A stretch of 64,000 bases of DNA from an uncultured Pseudomonadota bacterium (GTDB lineage Bacteria; Pseudomonadota; Alphaproteobacteria; JACZXZ01), in contig CAVVLJ010000021.1 in assembly GCA_963749075.1 (NCBI GenBank), positions 352,001 through 416,000 of the forward strand. The letters run 5' to 3'. Positions 31,928 to 41,762 of the stretch are shown here, piece by piece. Under the pieces are notes generated by a model. It saw only the letters and a program-made list of their open reading frames with translations, was not told the origin of the DNA and made no database searches. How positions within the stretch are numbered: the first letter of the stretch is position 1; the number at the start of each line of letters is the position of its first letter. The translations under genes and the position numbers were made by a program.

Positions 31928-32620
31928 CTAACCCCCGAGCGGGTTGACCCCGATGAAGTGGCTGTGGCCGTGGAGGAGGGCCGCGTAGAGCACGACGCCG
32001 CCCGCGATGCGGAGATAGCCGATCTCGCTGAGCGAGAAGCGGGCGCGGCCCTGGGCGATGGCGACGAAGGGGACGAAGGAGGTGGCCGCGGCGAAGCGCT
32101 GCCAGGCCGCCCCTAGTGCTGCCGGCTTGCGCCGCTCCTGCGCCCAGGAGCCGGCGAAGGCGAGAAAGGCGATGGCGACCGTGAGGATGACCGTGCGCGT
32201 CTCGCCGTTCATGACCAGGTGGCCTAAGGCCCAGAGGCCGATGCCCCAGTTCATCGGATGGCGCGTGACGGCGAAGATGCCATGGCCGACCGTGTCGCGC
32301 TGAAGCAGCTCGCCACGCCCCACGAGAGATGGATTGGGCGACGTGAGGCCGCAGACGAGGAGGATGCACGCCGGCAGCATGAGGACGACAAGCGGCCAGC
32401 GCATCCACTCGGCCTTGCCCCAGAGCTCGCTCCAGGGCGCTGCGCCATAGGCGAGCAGCATCCAAACGAAGGCGGCGCCGACGACGAGCGCGTAGACGCC
32501 CGGGAACGCCTTCTCGCCGACCGCCTTCACTAACAGTGCCCGCAGCGGGTGCGAGAGGAGGAAATGCCCGCCGACGAAGGCGAAGGCCGCGATCACGAGC
32601 GCCGCGGTCGATCCGGTCAT
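31928..32620 (-). CDS. NnrU family membrane protein
   Basis: HFLLSHPLRALLV, TRHPMNWGIGLWALGHL, TSFVPFVAI. Confidence 0.85.
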   Translation of the reverse strand: MTGSTAALVIAAFAFVGGHFLLSHPLRALLVKAVGEKAFPGVYALVVGAAFVWMLLAYGAAPWSELWGKAEWMRWPLVVLMLPACILLVCGLTSPNPSLVGRGELLQRDTVGHGIFAVTRHPMNWGIGLWALGHLVMNGETRTVILTVAIAFLAFAGSWAQERRKPAALGAAWQRFAAATSFVPFVAIAQGRARFSLSEIGYLRIAGGVVLYAALLHGHSHFIGVNPLGG

Positions 32621-32693
32621 CGCAGAGTCCTCCCTCCCACCGTCAAACGGCTCCGACGGGCAACCAGTGCTCACCGTCATTGCGACGAACGTC

Positions 32694-32793
32694 ACCCCCT
32701 CCCCACCCTCCCCCTTCAAGGGGGAGGGGGAATTTCATTGTCATGCCAAGCACTCCCCCTCCCCCCTTGAGGGGGAGGGTTGGGGAGGGGGGT
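32694..32793. repeat. Palindromic repeat family B, inverted pair
   Basis: CCCACCCTCCCCCTTCAAGGGGGAGGG ... CCCTCCCCCCTTGAGGGGGAGGGTTGGGGAGGGGG; related copies at 52239 and 55437. Confidence 0.8.
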
Positions 32794-32819
32794 GCACTCC
32801 GCATCAATCAGTCCAAGCA

Positions 32820-33722
32820 CTAAGCAGGGAGTGCCACGCCGGCCTGGCGGCAGGTGGCGCTCAGCGTGTTGCGCAAAAGACAAGCGATGGTCATGGGGCC
32901 GACGCCGCCCGGCACCGGGGTGAGCGCGCCCGCGACCTTGACCGCCTCGGCAAAGGCCACGTCGCCCACGATGTGCTGCTTGCCCGGCTGGCCCTCGAGC
33001 GGCACGCGGTTGATGCCAACGTCGATCACCACAGCCCCCGGCTTGATCCAGTCGCCGCGCACCATCTCGGGTTTGCCCACCGCCGCCACCAGGATATCGG
33101 CGCGGCGGCACTCGGCGGCAAGGTCGCGGGTGCGCGAATGCGCGATCGTCACCGTGCAGCTGCGCGCCACGAGGAGGCCCGCCACGGGCTTCCCCACGAT
33201 GTTGGAGCGGCCGAGGACCAATGCCCTGAGGCCCGCGAGCGACGGGAGGTTGGCCTCGAGCAGCATGACGCAGCCGAGCGGCGTGCAGGGCACCATGCCT
33301 TGGCCGCCCGTCCACAGCTCGCCCACGTTGCGCTTATGGAAGCCGTCCACGTCCTTCGCCGGATCGAGCGCCTCGATCACCGCCGCCTCGCGGATCTGCG
33401 GCGGCAGCGGCAGCTGCACGAGGATGCCGTTGACGGCCACGTCCTCGTTGAGCGCCCGGATCTCGGCGAGGAGTGCCGCCTCGCTCGTCTCCTTGGCGAG
33501 GTTCAGCTCGAGCGAGCGCATGCCCACCTCGAGCGTCATCTTGCGCTTGCTCCCGACATAGACCTGGCTCGCCGCATTGTCGCCCACCAGGATCACGGCG
33601 AGGCCGGGGGTGAGGCCGTGGCGCTCCTTGAGCGCGCGCACCTCGTCCGCCACGCGGGCGCGCAAGCCCGCCGCGAAGGCCTTGCCGTCGATGATCCTGG
33701 CACCTGCCGCCGTCTCAGCCAT
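32820..33722 (-). CDS. folD: Methylenetetrahydrofolate dehydrogenase/cyclohydrolase
   Basis: [49 protein letters not shown]. Confidence 0.97.
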   Translation of the reverse strand: MAETAAGARIIDGKAFAAGLRARVADEVRALKERHGLTPGLAVILVGDNAASQVYVGSKRKMTLEVGMRSLELNLAKETSEAALLAEIRALNEDVAVNGILVQLPLPPQIREAAVIEALDPAKDVDGFHKRNVGELWTGGQGMVPCTPLGCVMLLEANLPSLAGLRALVLGRSNIVGKPVAGLLVARSCTVTIAHSRTRDLAAECRRADILVAAVGKPEMVRGDWIKPGAVVIDVGINRVPLEGQPGKQHIVGDVAFAEAVKVAGALTPVPGGVGPMTIACLLRNTLSATCRQAGVALPA

Positions 33723-34053
33723 GGTTCTCCCTGAGCCAGCTCTCGAGCAGCGCCAGGAGCGGCCGCGGCTCGCCTGTGAGGTGAAGGAGCTTGCGCCGCG
33801 CATGCTTGCCGCGCAGAACCGCGATCGCGCTCCGCGGCAGCTTCCAGCGCTTGGCGAGGAGGCGCACGAGCGCTGCATTCGCCTTGCCGTCCTCGGCCGG
33901 TGCGGTCACGGCGAGGCGGAGCACGGCCGTGCCGTCGGCCTCGAGCGCCGTCCCCTCGATGCGCTCCCGGGCCGCCCGCGGCGTCACGCGCACGGCCAAG
34001 CGCACGCCGCCGGCCACGGCGCTGAAGGGCGAGGGCGGGTCAGAGGAGGCCAT
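33715..34053 (-). CDS. DUF167 (YggU) protein
   Basis: [30 protein letters not shown]. Confidence 0.88.
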   Translation of the reverse strand: MASSDPPSPFSAVAGGVRLAVRVTPRAARERIEGTALEADGTAVLRLAVTAPAEDGKANAALVRLLAKRWKLPRSAIAVLRGKHARRKLLHLTGEPRPLLALLESWLRENHG

Positions 34054-34348
34054 GCAGCGAGAGCAGGATGTCCCACAAGAGCAGCTTGAGGAAATAGAGG
34101 GCGATGAGCAGGATCACCGGCGTGATGTCGACGCCGCCGAGATTGGGCACGAAGCGCCTGAGCGGGCGCAAGGCGGGCTCGGTGACGCGGAAGAGGAAGT
34201 CGTTGATCGTATAGACGAAGCGGTTGTAGGTATTGACCACGCCGAAGGCGATCAGCCAGCTCATGATCGCCGCGGCGATGACCACGTACCAGTAGAGATC
34301 GATGACGAAGATCAGGACTCGGATGACGGGATCGAGAATGACGAACAT
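34040..34348 (-). CDS. yggT: YggT family membrane protein
   Basis: IMSWLIAFGVVN, TEPALRPLRRFVPNLGGVDITP. Confidence 0.9.
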   Translation of the reverse strand: MFVILDPVIRVLIFVIDLYWYVVIAAAIMSWLIAFGVVNTYNRFVYTINDFLFRVTEPALRPLRRFVPNLGGVDITPVILLIALYFLKLLLWDILLSLHGLL

Positions 34349-34440
34349 CGCCGGGTCCGTGACGGTGGAGGCCGCTCGCACGAGACCCTAGCGGTTGGCA
34401 GGGGGTGAGGCAAGCCCGGCAGCTGCCGGGTAACGGCTCA

Positions 34441-34560
34441 GTTTCACCTCACCCTTCGAGACGCCGCCTACGGCGGCTCCTCAGGATGAGGTGAAACCCT
34501 AGGCACTGGGTCCTCATCCTGAGGAGCGTCGCGCATGCGACGCGTCTCGAAGGATGAGGT
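34441..34560. repeat. Palindromic repeat family A, inverted pair
   Basis: CCTTCGAGACG..CTCCTCAGGATGAGG and CCTCATCCTGAGGAG..CGTCTCGAAGGATG; copies at 42731 and 45472. Confidence 0.8.
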
Positions 34561-34595
34561 TTCAGCCAGACCGACCCACTACCCGCTGCCGAGCC

Positions 34596-34624
34596 TTGAC
34601 AGGGCGGGGAGCCGCCCACATTAT
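34596..34624 (+). promoter_or_regulatory. Sigma70 promoter of tRNA-Ala
   Basis: TTGACA-17 bp-CATTAT followed by a GC-rich discriminator. Confidence 0.7.
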
Positions 34625-34658
34625 CCCGCCGCATCACGCAAGAGAGACCAGCACCCTC

Positions 34659-34734
<76 letters not shown>

Positions 34735-34763
34735 GGTTTCCGGAAATTCCCGAAAGATCCGCG

Positions 34764-35759
34764 TCAGCCCTGCGGCCCGATGTAGAGCGTCGCCAGGATG
34801 AAGACGTGGTTGCCCTGGATGCGCATCGGCACCGGCTGGAACGGCATGGTGTTCTGGATGGCGTCCATGCCGGCGCGGTCGAGTGCCGGATAGCCGGACG
34901 ATCGCACCAGCTCCACCCTGAGCATGAAGCCATTGCGGTTCATCTCGATGCCGTATTTGGCGACCCCCTTCATGCCCTTGGCCGCACCGGGGTAGATGAT
35001 ATTGGCGATGATGGCGTCGCGCAGCGCGTTGAGATAGCTGTCGCCGCCGCCCGCACCGCGCCGCTCGCTCTCGCTCCAGTCGGGCGCCTGCAGCTCGCCG
35101 GTCGCCGCCGCTGCGCTCCCGGGCGTCTTGCCCGTCGCGGCCGGCGGCAGCGAGGCCACCTGAGGTGCCGGCGTCGCCGCTGCGGGCGCCGGCTGGGGCG
35201 GCGTCGGCACCTCCCCTTGGATCCCCGTCTGCGGCAGCGCGCTCGGCGCCGCAGCCGCGGCCTTTACGGGCGCCGGCGCTTTGGGCCGCGGCAGCGCTTG
35301 CGGCGGCGGCTTCGCGGGGAGAGGCGGCTCCACGCTCGGCGGCACCGGCGGCCCCGGGTTCTGCACCTCGGCGGGCTCGGCCGGCTTTGGCGGCTTCACC
35401 TCGGGCGGCCGGCCGGGGGCCATCTCGGGGCTGCCGCCCAACTCGAGGTGCACCGGCTCCGCCTCGGTCTGGGCCCGCTGCACCGGCTTGGGCGGCGGCG
35501 GTTGCGGCTTGGGCGCGATCTCGGCCTTCTTCACCGGCGGCTCCATCACGAGCTCGACGGGAATCATGGCCGGCTCGGCGGGAGCCTTTTCCGCCGCCGG
35601 GCCGCCCAGCAGGAGGGCCAGCAGGCCCGCGTGCAGGAGGAGGGCGGCCAGGCGCGCGAAGGCATTGCGCCAGCGCCCCCAGGCGTCGCGCGAGAGCGTC
35701 ACCTCGGGAGCGGGCGTGCGACTTGCGGCGCCGGCGCTCTCTTCGTGCGATTGGCTCAA
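34764..35759 (-). CDS. TonB C-terminal domain protein (TM anchor, Pro-rich linker)
   Basis: LAALLLHAGLL, Pro-rich linker, YPGAAKGMKG, RSSGYPALDRAG, PFQPVP. Confidence 0.8.
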   Translation of the reverse strand: MSQSHEESAGAASRTPAPEVTLSRDAWGRWRNAFARLAALLLHAGLLALLLGGPAAEKAPAEPAMIPVELVMEPPVKKAEIAPKPQPPPPKPVQRAQTEAEPVHLELGGSPEMAPGRPPEVKPPKPAEPAEVQNPGPPVPPSVEPPLPAKPPPQALPRPKAPAPVKAAAAAPSALPQTGIQGEVPTPPQPAPAAATPAPQVASLPPAATGKTPGSAAAATGELQAPDWSESERRGAGGGDSYLNALRDAIIANIIYPGAAKGMKGVAKYGIEMNRNGFMLRVELVRSSGYPALDRAGMDAIQNTMPFQPVPMRIQGNHVFILATLYIGPQG

Positions 35760-35919
35760 TCCAAGGGCCCGCCTCTATGTCCCGGTCGCCGATTATATAA
35801 CGTCGCGACACGGGATTTCCTCCATGCCCCGCTCTCCTCCCCGGAGCGCCGGGGTGCCGTCTCTGGCACAGCACCGCATCGCCGCGACGCTGCCCGAGGG
35901 CAAGCCTTGCCGTCTCTCT

Positions 35920-36708
35920 CTATCGGGGGGGCGGCGCGCCGCGGCCGATGGCGACCACCAGACCCTCGCGGAAGAGCCCGGCCAAGGCCGCCGCGAGATC
36001 GAAGCCGGCGTCCTCGGCGAGTGCCGCATCCGTTGCGGCGGCGAGCTCTTGGCCTGCCTGGAGTGCTGCGCGGAAGGCGAGCGCGGCTGCCGGCAGCGCG
36101 CGCATCACGACGTCGCCGCCGCTCCGCCGCACCGCGAGCCGGGCGCCGCCGGCGGCGAGGTCGACGGCGGCGCTCTCCCCGCTCGCCGAGCGGTTGGCGC
36201 GCCAGATGCGGTCGATGGGAAAGCGCGAGGCGATGAGCCCGAGCGAGGGATGCAGGCCGAGGACGAGACGCGGGGTGTCCGCTGCCGCCACGCCCTCGAG
36301 TGCCTCGGGCGCCAGCGCCGCCGCATCGGGGGCATGGGCTGCGCGATGCATGAGCCATTCGAGGCGCGCCACGTCGGCGAGATAGACGTGCTCGCGGCAC
36401 GGCGGGAACGCCGCGAGGAATTGCGGGAAACCGCCGCCGTACTCGAGGAGGCAGGGCTGCGCCGGCGGCTCGAGCGCGATGAAGGCCTGCGCCGCATGGG
36501 CGAAGAAGGGCTCGCCCACGAGGCGGCGCACCGCGGGAAAGGCGTCTTCGAGGAGGCCCGCGAGGGAGGAGCGGACATTGTCGCGGTAGACCGCGAGGCG
36601 CTCCGCCACGGCGAGCCCGTCGGGCCGCACGAAAGCGGCGAGCCCCGCGGCGTCGTCCTCGAGGAGGGCGCGGCGGAAGGCGATCTGCAGCTCAGCGAGC
36701 GTCGGCAT
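35920..36708 (-). CDS. DUF2063 (HvfC/BufC-like) MNIO partner protein
   Basis: LAELQIAFRRALL, RLAVYRDNV, FPAVRRLVGEPFF, YGGGFPQFL, YLADVARLEW. Confidence 0.88.
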   Translation of the reverse strand: MPTLAELQIAFRRALLEDDAAGLAAFVRPDGLAVAERLAVYRDNVRSSLAGLLEDAFPAVRRLVGEPFFAHAAQAFIALEPPAQPCLLEYGGGFPQFLAAFPPCREHVYLADVARLEWLMHRAAHAPDAAALAPEALEGVAAADTPRLVLGLHPSLGLIASRFPIDRIWRANRSASGESAAVDLAAGGARLAVRRSGGDVVMRALPAAALAFRAALQAGQELAAATDAALAEDAGFDLAAALAGLFREGLVVAIGRGAPPPR

Positions 36709-37561
36709 CGGCGGCGAGCGTCCTTGCGGCAACGGCTGCAGCACACCTTGCCTCGGCGAGGAGCGTCGCCCAGGGCGGCAGGTTGCGATCCCATTCGATG
36801 AGGCTCGGCACCATGCCGAAGCGCTCGAGTGCCTGGCGGTAGAGCGCCCAGACCTCGCCCGTCACCCGCGAGCCGTGATCGTCGATGAGGAGCGGGCGGC
36901 CATGGCGCTCGCCGCGGAAATGGCCGGCGAGGTGGATCTCGCCCACCGCTTCGGCCGGAAGTGCTTCGAGATAGGCCGCAGGGTCCTCGGCGAAATTGCT
37001 GCAGCTCACGAAGATGTTGTTCACGTCGCAGAGGATGCCGCAGCCGGTCGCGCGCGCGAGCTCGGCCAGGAACTCGGGCTCCGGAATCGGCGAGTGGCGG
37101 AAGCGCAGATAGCTAGCGGGGTTCTCGACGAGGATGCGCCGCTTGAGCGCCTCCTGCACGGCCGCGATGTTGCGGCCGACCGCGGCGAGCGCCTCCTCGC
37201 TATAAGGGAGCGGCAGGAGATCGTTGAGATAGCTCCCGCCCGCGACGCTCCAGGCGAGATGCTCGGAGACGAGGAAGGGCTCGCTCGCCGCCGCGAGATC
37301 CTTGAGCCGCGCCAAGTGCAGCGGATCGACGCCCTCCGCCGTGCCGAGCGAGAGGCCGACGGCGTGGAGTGACAGCCGGTAGTCGCGGCGCACCGCGAGG
37401 AGCCGGGCCAAGGCCGGGCCGCTCGCCATGTAGTTCTCGGGGTGGACCTCGAACCAGCCCATGGCGGGACGGCCCGCCAGCACCTCGGCGACGTGCGGCG
37501 CGCGCAAGCCAACCCCGACTTGCGCGGCAATCGCCAGAGCGCTCTCCGCCGCCCGCTTCAT
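36692..37561 (-). CDS. DUF692 multinuclear non-heme iron oxidative enzyme (MNIO, BufB-like)
   Basis: GVGLRAPH, EVHPENY, SEHLAW, LVENPASY, DVNNIFV, EIHLAGH, IDDHGS, IEWD. Confidence 0.92.
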   Translation of the reverse strand: MKRAAESALAIAAQVGVGLRAPHVAEVLAGRPAMGWFEVHPENYMASGPALARLLAVRRDYRLSLHAVGLSLGTAEGVDPLHLARLKDLAAASEPFLVSEHLAWSVAGGSYLNDLLPLPYSEEALAAVGRNIAAVQEALKRRILVENPASYLRFRHSPIPEPEFLAELARATGCGILCDVNNIFVSCSNFAEDPAAYLEALPAEAVGEIHLAGHFRGERHGRPLLIDDHGSRVTGEVWALYRQALERFGMVPSLIEWDRNLPPWATLLAEARCAAAVAARTLAADADAR

Positions 37562-37660
37562 CGTTCGCAAGTCTCCGCAATCGTCATGGCCTGGCCGGCC
37601 GCTGGCCCGAGTCCCGGCCATGACGCTCAGGAAGGCTGTATCAGGCGTTCGCGGAAGCGT

Positions 37661-38092
37661 CTAGGCGCCGGCGATGTAGTTGCGCAGCATGTCGCTCTCG
37701 GCCGAGAGCTCCTCGAGCCGGTTCTTCACCACGTCGCCGATCGAGATGATGCCGGCGAGGCGGCCGCCGTCGAGGACGGGGAGATGGCGGATGCGCCGGT
37801 TGGTCATCTCGCGCATGATCTCCTCGACCGTGTTCTCGGGCGTGCAGGTCACGACCGAGCGCGTCATGATATCGGCAACGCCCATCTCGAGCAGGCGCTC
37901 ACCGTGCTCGGCGAGACCGTAGATCACGTCGCGCTCCGAAAGGATGCCCGCGAGCTTGCCGTCGGCACCCACCGCCAGCACGGCGCCGATGCGCCGGCGC
38001 GACAGCGTGCGCACCGCCTCCGCGATCCTCATGTCCGGGGATACGGTTGTGACCGCCGTTCCCTTGCTCTTCAAGATTTGGGCGACATGCAT
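37661..38092 (-). CDS. CBS-pair protein
   Basis: GILSERDV, MTNRRIRHLPV, GIISIGDVVK. Confidence 0.9.
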   Translation of the reverse strand: MHVAQILKSKGTAVTTVSPDMRIAEAVRTLSRRRIGAVLAVGADGKLAGILSERDVIYGLAEHGERLLEMGVADIMTRSVVTCTPENTVEEIMREMTNRRIRHLPVLDGGRLAGIISIGDVVKNRLEELSAESDMLRNYIAGA

Positions 38093-38270
38093 GTTTCAAC
38101 CCCCTATATCTCGTTACCGCGCGGCGCGGGCGATAGGGACGGCCCTCACCGAGGGCGCGGTTGCTACAAATCAATTATCGCACCAGGCGCCGCAGCTTCA
38201 TAGATAAATCCGCCGCCGGGGCGTTTCGGTGCGGGACAATTTTGCGCTGACGGAGGCGGGGATGCGGCGC

Positions 38271-38705
38271 TCAGTGCTGCCGCCCGCGCGCGTCGCGCAG
38301 CACGTCTCGCTCGATTGCGGCCTCGTCGAGGCGATGCTTCACCAGGTCGCCGATCGAGATCACGCCGCAGAGGCGGCCGTGCTCGACCACGGGCAGGTAG
38401 CGCATGCGCTCGCGCGTCATGCGCGCCATCGCCTGCTCGATGCTCTCCTCGGGCACGCAGGTCGGGATGCCGAGGCTCATCAGCTCCTCGACCCGCATGT
38501 CGAGGAGCTCCGCGCCGTGCTCGGCGAGGCCGACGATGATGTCGCGCTCGGAGATGATGCCGAGCACCGTCTTGTCGTCGGCGCTGACGACGAGCGAGCC
38601 CACGTTCTCCATCTTGAGCCGGTGCGCCACGGTGCCGATGGTGAGCTCGGGCCGCGTGGTGGCGACGCGCGAGCCCTTGGCCTTGAGGATGTCGGCGACC
38701 TTCAT
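38271..38705 (-). CDS. CBS-pair protein (paralog)
   Basis: GIISERDI, MTRERMRYLPV, GVISIGDLVK. Confidence 0.9.
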   Translation of the reverse strand: MKVADILKAKGSRVATTRPELTIGTVAHRLKMENVGSLVVSADDKTVLGIISERDIIVGLAEHGAELLDMRVEELMSLGIPTCVPEESIEQAMARMTRERMRYLPVVEHGRLCGVISIGDLVKHRLDEAAIERDVLRDARGRQH

Positions 38706-38711
38706 TGCCGG

Positions 38712-39314
38712 CTAGCCGTTGCTGCCGGCATCGGGCACGGAGGCGGGGCCGCTGCGCAGCATGCGCCGGCGCTTCGCGCGGTGCCAGAACCAGAGTGCGG
38801 CGAGGCCGAGCACGGCTACGCCGAGTGCGATGGCCTCGAGCTGCTCTGCCTGGCCGAGGAAGTGCTTGAGCGTCTTGCCGAAGAAGTAGCCGCCGAGGCC
38901 GAAGCTCAGCGCCCACACCAGGGCGGCGATGGCGTTCAGCATGGCGAAGCGCCGGAACGACACGCCGGCGAAGCCGATGGCGAAGGAGGCCACGTTGCGC
39001 ACCATGTAGATGAAGCGGAAGGAGAGGATGAAGAGGTTCTGGTAGCGCACGAGCAAGCGCAGCGCCCTGTCCGCGGCGCCGTGCCAGGCGGGGCGCCATT
39101 CGAGAATCTGGCTGCCGAAGGCGCGCCCGATCCAGAAGTAGAGCTGGTCGCCCGACATGCTGCCGACGAAGGCGGCAAGGATGCACCATTCGAGCGAGAG
39201 ATAGCCGCGCTGGGCGAGAAAGCCCGCGACCAGCAGCACCGTCTCGCCCTCGAAGAAGGTCCAGACGAAAATGACGAGCGGGCCGTAGTGCAGCAGGAGC
39301 TCTTTCACGTGCAT
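38712..39314 (-). CDS. DedA family membrane protein
   Basis: FFEGETVLLVAGFLA, GDQLYFWIGR, FRFIYMVR. Confidence 0.88.
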   Translation of the reverse strand: MHVKELLLHYGPLVIFVWTFFEGETVLLVAGFLAQRGYLSLEWCILAAFVGSMSGDQLYFWIGRAFGSQILEWRPAWHGAADRALRLLVRYQNLFILSFRFIYMVRNVASFAIGFAGVSFRRFAMLNAIAALVWALSFGLGGYFFGKTLKHFLGQAEQLEAIALGVAVLGLAALWFWHRAKRRRMLRSGPASVPDAGSNG

Positions 39315-39602
39315 CGCAGCTGAAGCCCCCGTATCCCGCGGCGGCCGGCTGCCCCGGTGCTGCAAGCGCGCCGGGCGTCGAGGCTGCGGCAGCCGCCCTC
39401 GGGACCTCGGTATGCGGCCATTCCTCCCTGTCCCCGCCGGCCTCGATGCCGCCTTTCCGGCCGCCGGGCCATTGTCATCGTTCGCCGTCCGCGCGCCCCT
39501 CGGGGCTTGCGCGGGCGGTGCTATAGCACGGTTTCGCGATTTTCGCGCTCTGTCGCGCGCGCCGCGCGCCAAGCCCGCGGCAGCAGCCCGCCGCCACCCT
39601 CG

Positions 39603-40061
39603 TCACTTCTGCTCGCCCTCCTGCCAGCGGCCCGATTTCTTGAGCGCCGCCGCCACCTCGGGGGGCATGTATTTCTCGTCGTGCTTGGCGAGCACCGAGC
39701 TCGCGAGGAAGCTGCCGTCGGCCTGCAGCTTGCCTTCGGCGATGACGCCCTGCCCCTCGCGGAAGAGGTCGGGGAGAATACCCGTGTAGTTCACCCGGAT
39801 GTCGCGCCTGAGATCGGTCACCCTGAAGCGCACCGCAGCGCCCGGTCCGCGCTCGACGCTGCCCTTCTCGACGAGGCCGCCCAGACGCATGGTGCGGCCC
39901 GGCATGGCGTGATCCTCGGCGATCTCGGTCGGGCTGAAGAAGAACACGATGCTGTCCTCGAAGGCGTTGAGCACGAGGAAGGCGGCGGCGGCGAGCGCTA
40001 CCAGACCGGCGAGCAGGATGACGAGCCGCTTGTGCTTCGCCTTCATGCGCGCGCGCTTCAT
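39603..40061 (-). CDS. ccmE: Heme chaperone CcmE
   Basis: FFFSPTE, RLGGLVEKGS, GILPDLFREGQG, LAKHDEKYMP. Confidence 0.95.
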   Translation of the reverse strand: MKRARMKAKHKRLVILLAGLVALAAAAFLVLNAFEDSIVFFFSPTEIAEDHAMPGRTMRLGGLVEKGSVERGPGAAVRFRVTDLRRDIRVNYTGILPDLFREGQGVIAEGKLQADGSFLASSVLAKHDEKYMPPEVAAALKKSGRWQEGEQK

Positions 40062-40243
40062 CGCCCGCGCCCCTTTCTCGGCCGCCGTCCGCCGCTAAGC
40101 TCGTCGAGGGCGCGCAGGCTCGCACGCCGCGCGCGCAGCGAGACGACGAGGAGGAGGATCAGCACGAGCGCCGTGAGGCCGTAGGCCGGCCAGACGAACT
40201 GCGCACGTCCGCCCATGTCGAGGAATGCCGCAACCCTGTCCAT
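40058..40243 (-). CDS. ccmD: Heme exporter CcmD
   Basis: FLDMGGRAQFVWPAYG then TM helix and basic tail; between ccmC and ccmE. Confidence 0.88.
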   Translation of the reverse strand: MDRVAAFLDMGGRAQFVWPAYGLTALVLILLLVVSLRARRASLRALDELSGGRRPRKGRGR

Positions 40244-40260
40244 GGCGCGCTCCGGGCGGC

Positions 40261-41025
40261 TCAGCTGCCGGCGGCGAGGCCGCGCGCCGGCAGCCGTTCG
40301 CCCGGCTCGCTCAAGCGCAGCATCCTGAGCTTGCGCTCGGCGATCTCGCCCTCGACGCGGAGCAGCAGCACTGTCACGAAATAGCAGGCGAAGCCGAGCG
40401 CCATGACGAGGAGCGGCCACAGCATCTCGGGCGCTATCGTCGGCCCGCCCATGCGGAACACGCTCGCCGGCTGATGCAGCGTGTTCCACCACACGACCGA
40501 GAAATGGATGATCGGGATATTGACGAAGCCGACCACCGCCAGCACCGCCGCGGCGCGGCCCGCGCGCACCGGATCGTCGAAGGCGCGGCAGAGCGCCATG
40601 TAGCCGAGATAGAGGAAGAACAGCACGAGCACCGAGGTGAGCCGCGCGTCCCACACCCACCACGCACCCCACATGGGCTTGCCCCACAGCGAGCCGGTGA
40701 CGAGCGCCAGGAAAGTGAACGAAGCGCCGATGGGGGCCGCGGCCTGGGCTATGAGATCGGCTAAGGGATGCCGCCAGATGAGGGCCGCCGCACTCGCCGC
40801 CGCCATCGCCGTATAGACCATGAGCGCCATCCAGGCCGCCGGCACGTGCACGTACATGATGCGCACGGCCTCGCCCTGCTGGTAGTCGGGCGGCGAGGCG
40901 AAGAGTGCCAGATAGAGCCCGGCCGCGATGAAAATCGCCGCGGCGGCACCGCTCCACGGCCGCACTGCTGCGGCAAGCCGCAGGAAGCGGTTCGGGTTGG
41001 CAAAGCGATGCATCTTCGTCGCCAT
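40261..41025 (-). CDS. ccmC: Heme exporter CcmC
   Basis: RIMYVHVP, WGKPMWGAWWVWDARLTS, WWNTLHQ. Confidence 0.95.
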   Translation of the reverse strand: MATKMHRFANPNRFLRLAAAVRPWSGAAAAIFIAAGLYLALFASPPDYQQGEAVRIMYVHVPAAWMALMVYTAMAAASAAALIWRHPLADLIAQAAAPIGASFTFLALVTGSLWGKPMWGAWWVWDARLTSVLVLFFLYLGYMALCRAFDDPVRAGRAAAVLAVVGFVNIPIIHFSVVWWNTLHQPASVFRMGGPTIAPEMLWPLLVMALGFACYFVTVLLLRVEGEIAERKLRMLRLSEPGERLPARGLAAGS

Positions 41026-41096
41026 GGCGATGAGCCGGTTCTACCCCTTCGCGCCGGACTTGACCAGCGGCCTTCTGGGGCCTGGCTTGACGATGC

Positions 41097-41762
41097 TCAT
41101 TCGGCGGCCTGGCGCAGCGCCGCGGCACTCGCCCATGGTGCCAGCACCAGCGCCGCCATGAGGAAGCCGCCGAGGACCATGAGCGGCGGCCTGAGCGCCA
41201 GGCCGAAGACGGCCGCGTCCACCGCGGCCACGCCGAAGATCAGCACCGGCACATAGAGCGGCAGCACGAGGAGCGAGATGAGCACGCCGCCGCGCCTGGC
41301 ACCCAGCACCAGCGCCGCCCCGATGGCGCCCACCAGCGTGAGCGTCGGCGTGCCGAGCAGCATGGCGAGAAGGAGGCCGGCCAAGCCCTCTCCGGGGAGG
41401 TTGAGGAGGAGGGCCAAGAGCGGTGCTGCCGCGATCAGCGGCACGCCGGTCGTGAGCCAGTGGGCCAAGCACTTGGCGAGCACGGCGCCCTCGAGCGGGA
41501 GGGGTGCCAGGATGAGCAGGTCGAGGCCGCCGTCCTCGTAGTCCGTCTGGAAGAGGCGCTCGAGGGAGAGCAGCGAGGCGAGGAGCGCCGTCACCCAGAT
41601 GACGCCCGACGCGATGCGCGCGAGCACCTCCGGCTCCGGGCCCACGCCGAAAGGGAAGAGGCTCACGGTGAGCACGAAGAAGAGCACCACCACGAGGGTG
41701 TCGACGCCCTGGCGCAGCGCCAGGCGCAGGTCGCGGCGCAGGATGGCGAGGAGCGCCGTCAC
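41097..41762 (-). CDS. ccmB: Heme exporter CcmB
   Basis: GTG start; LFPFGVGP, DYEDGGLD, LVLPLYVPVLIFG. Confidence 0.93.
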   Translation of the reverse strand: MTALLAILRRDLRLALRQGVDTLVVVLFFVLTVSLFPFGVGPEPEVLARIASGVIWVTALLASLLSLERLFQTDYEDGGLDLLILAPLPLEGAVLAKCLAHWLTTGVPLIAAAPLLALLLNLPGEGLAGLLLAMLLGTPTLTLVGAIGAALVLGARRGGVLISLLVLPLYVPVLIFGVAAVDAAVFGLALRPPLMVLGGFLMAALVLAPWASAAALRQAAE

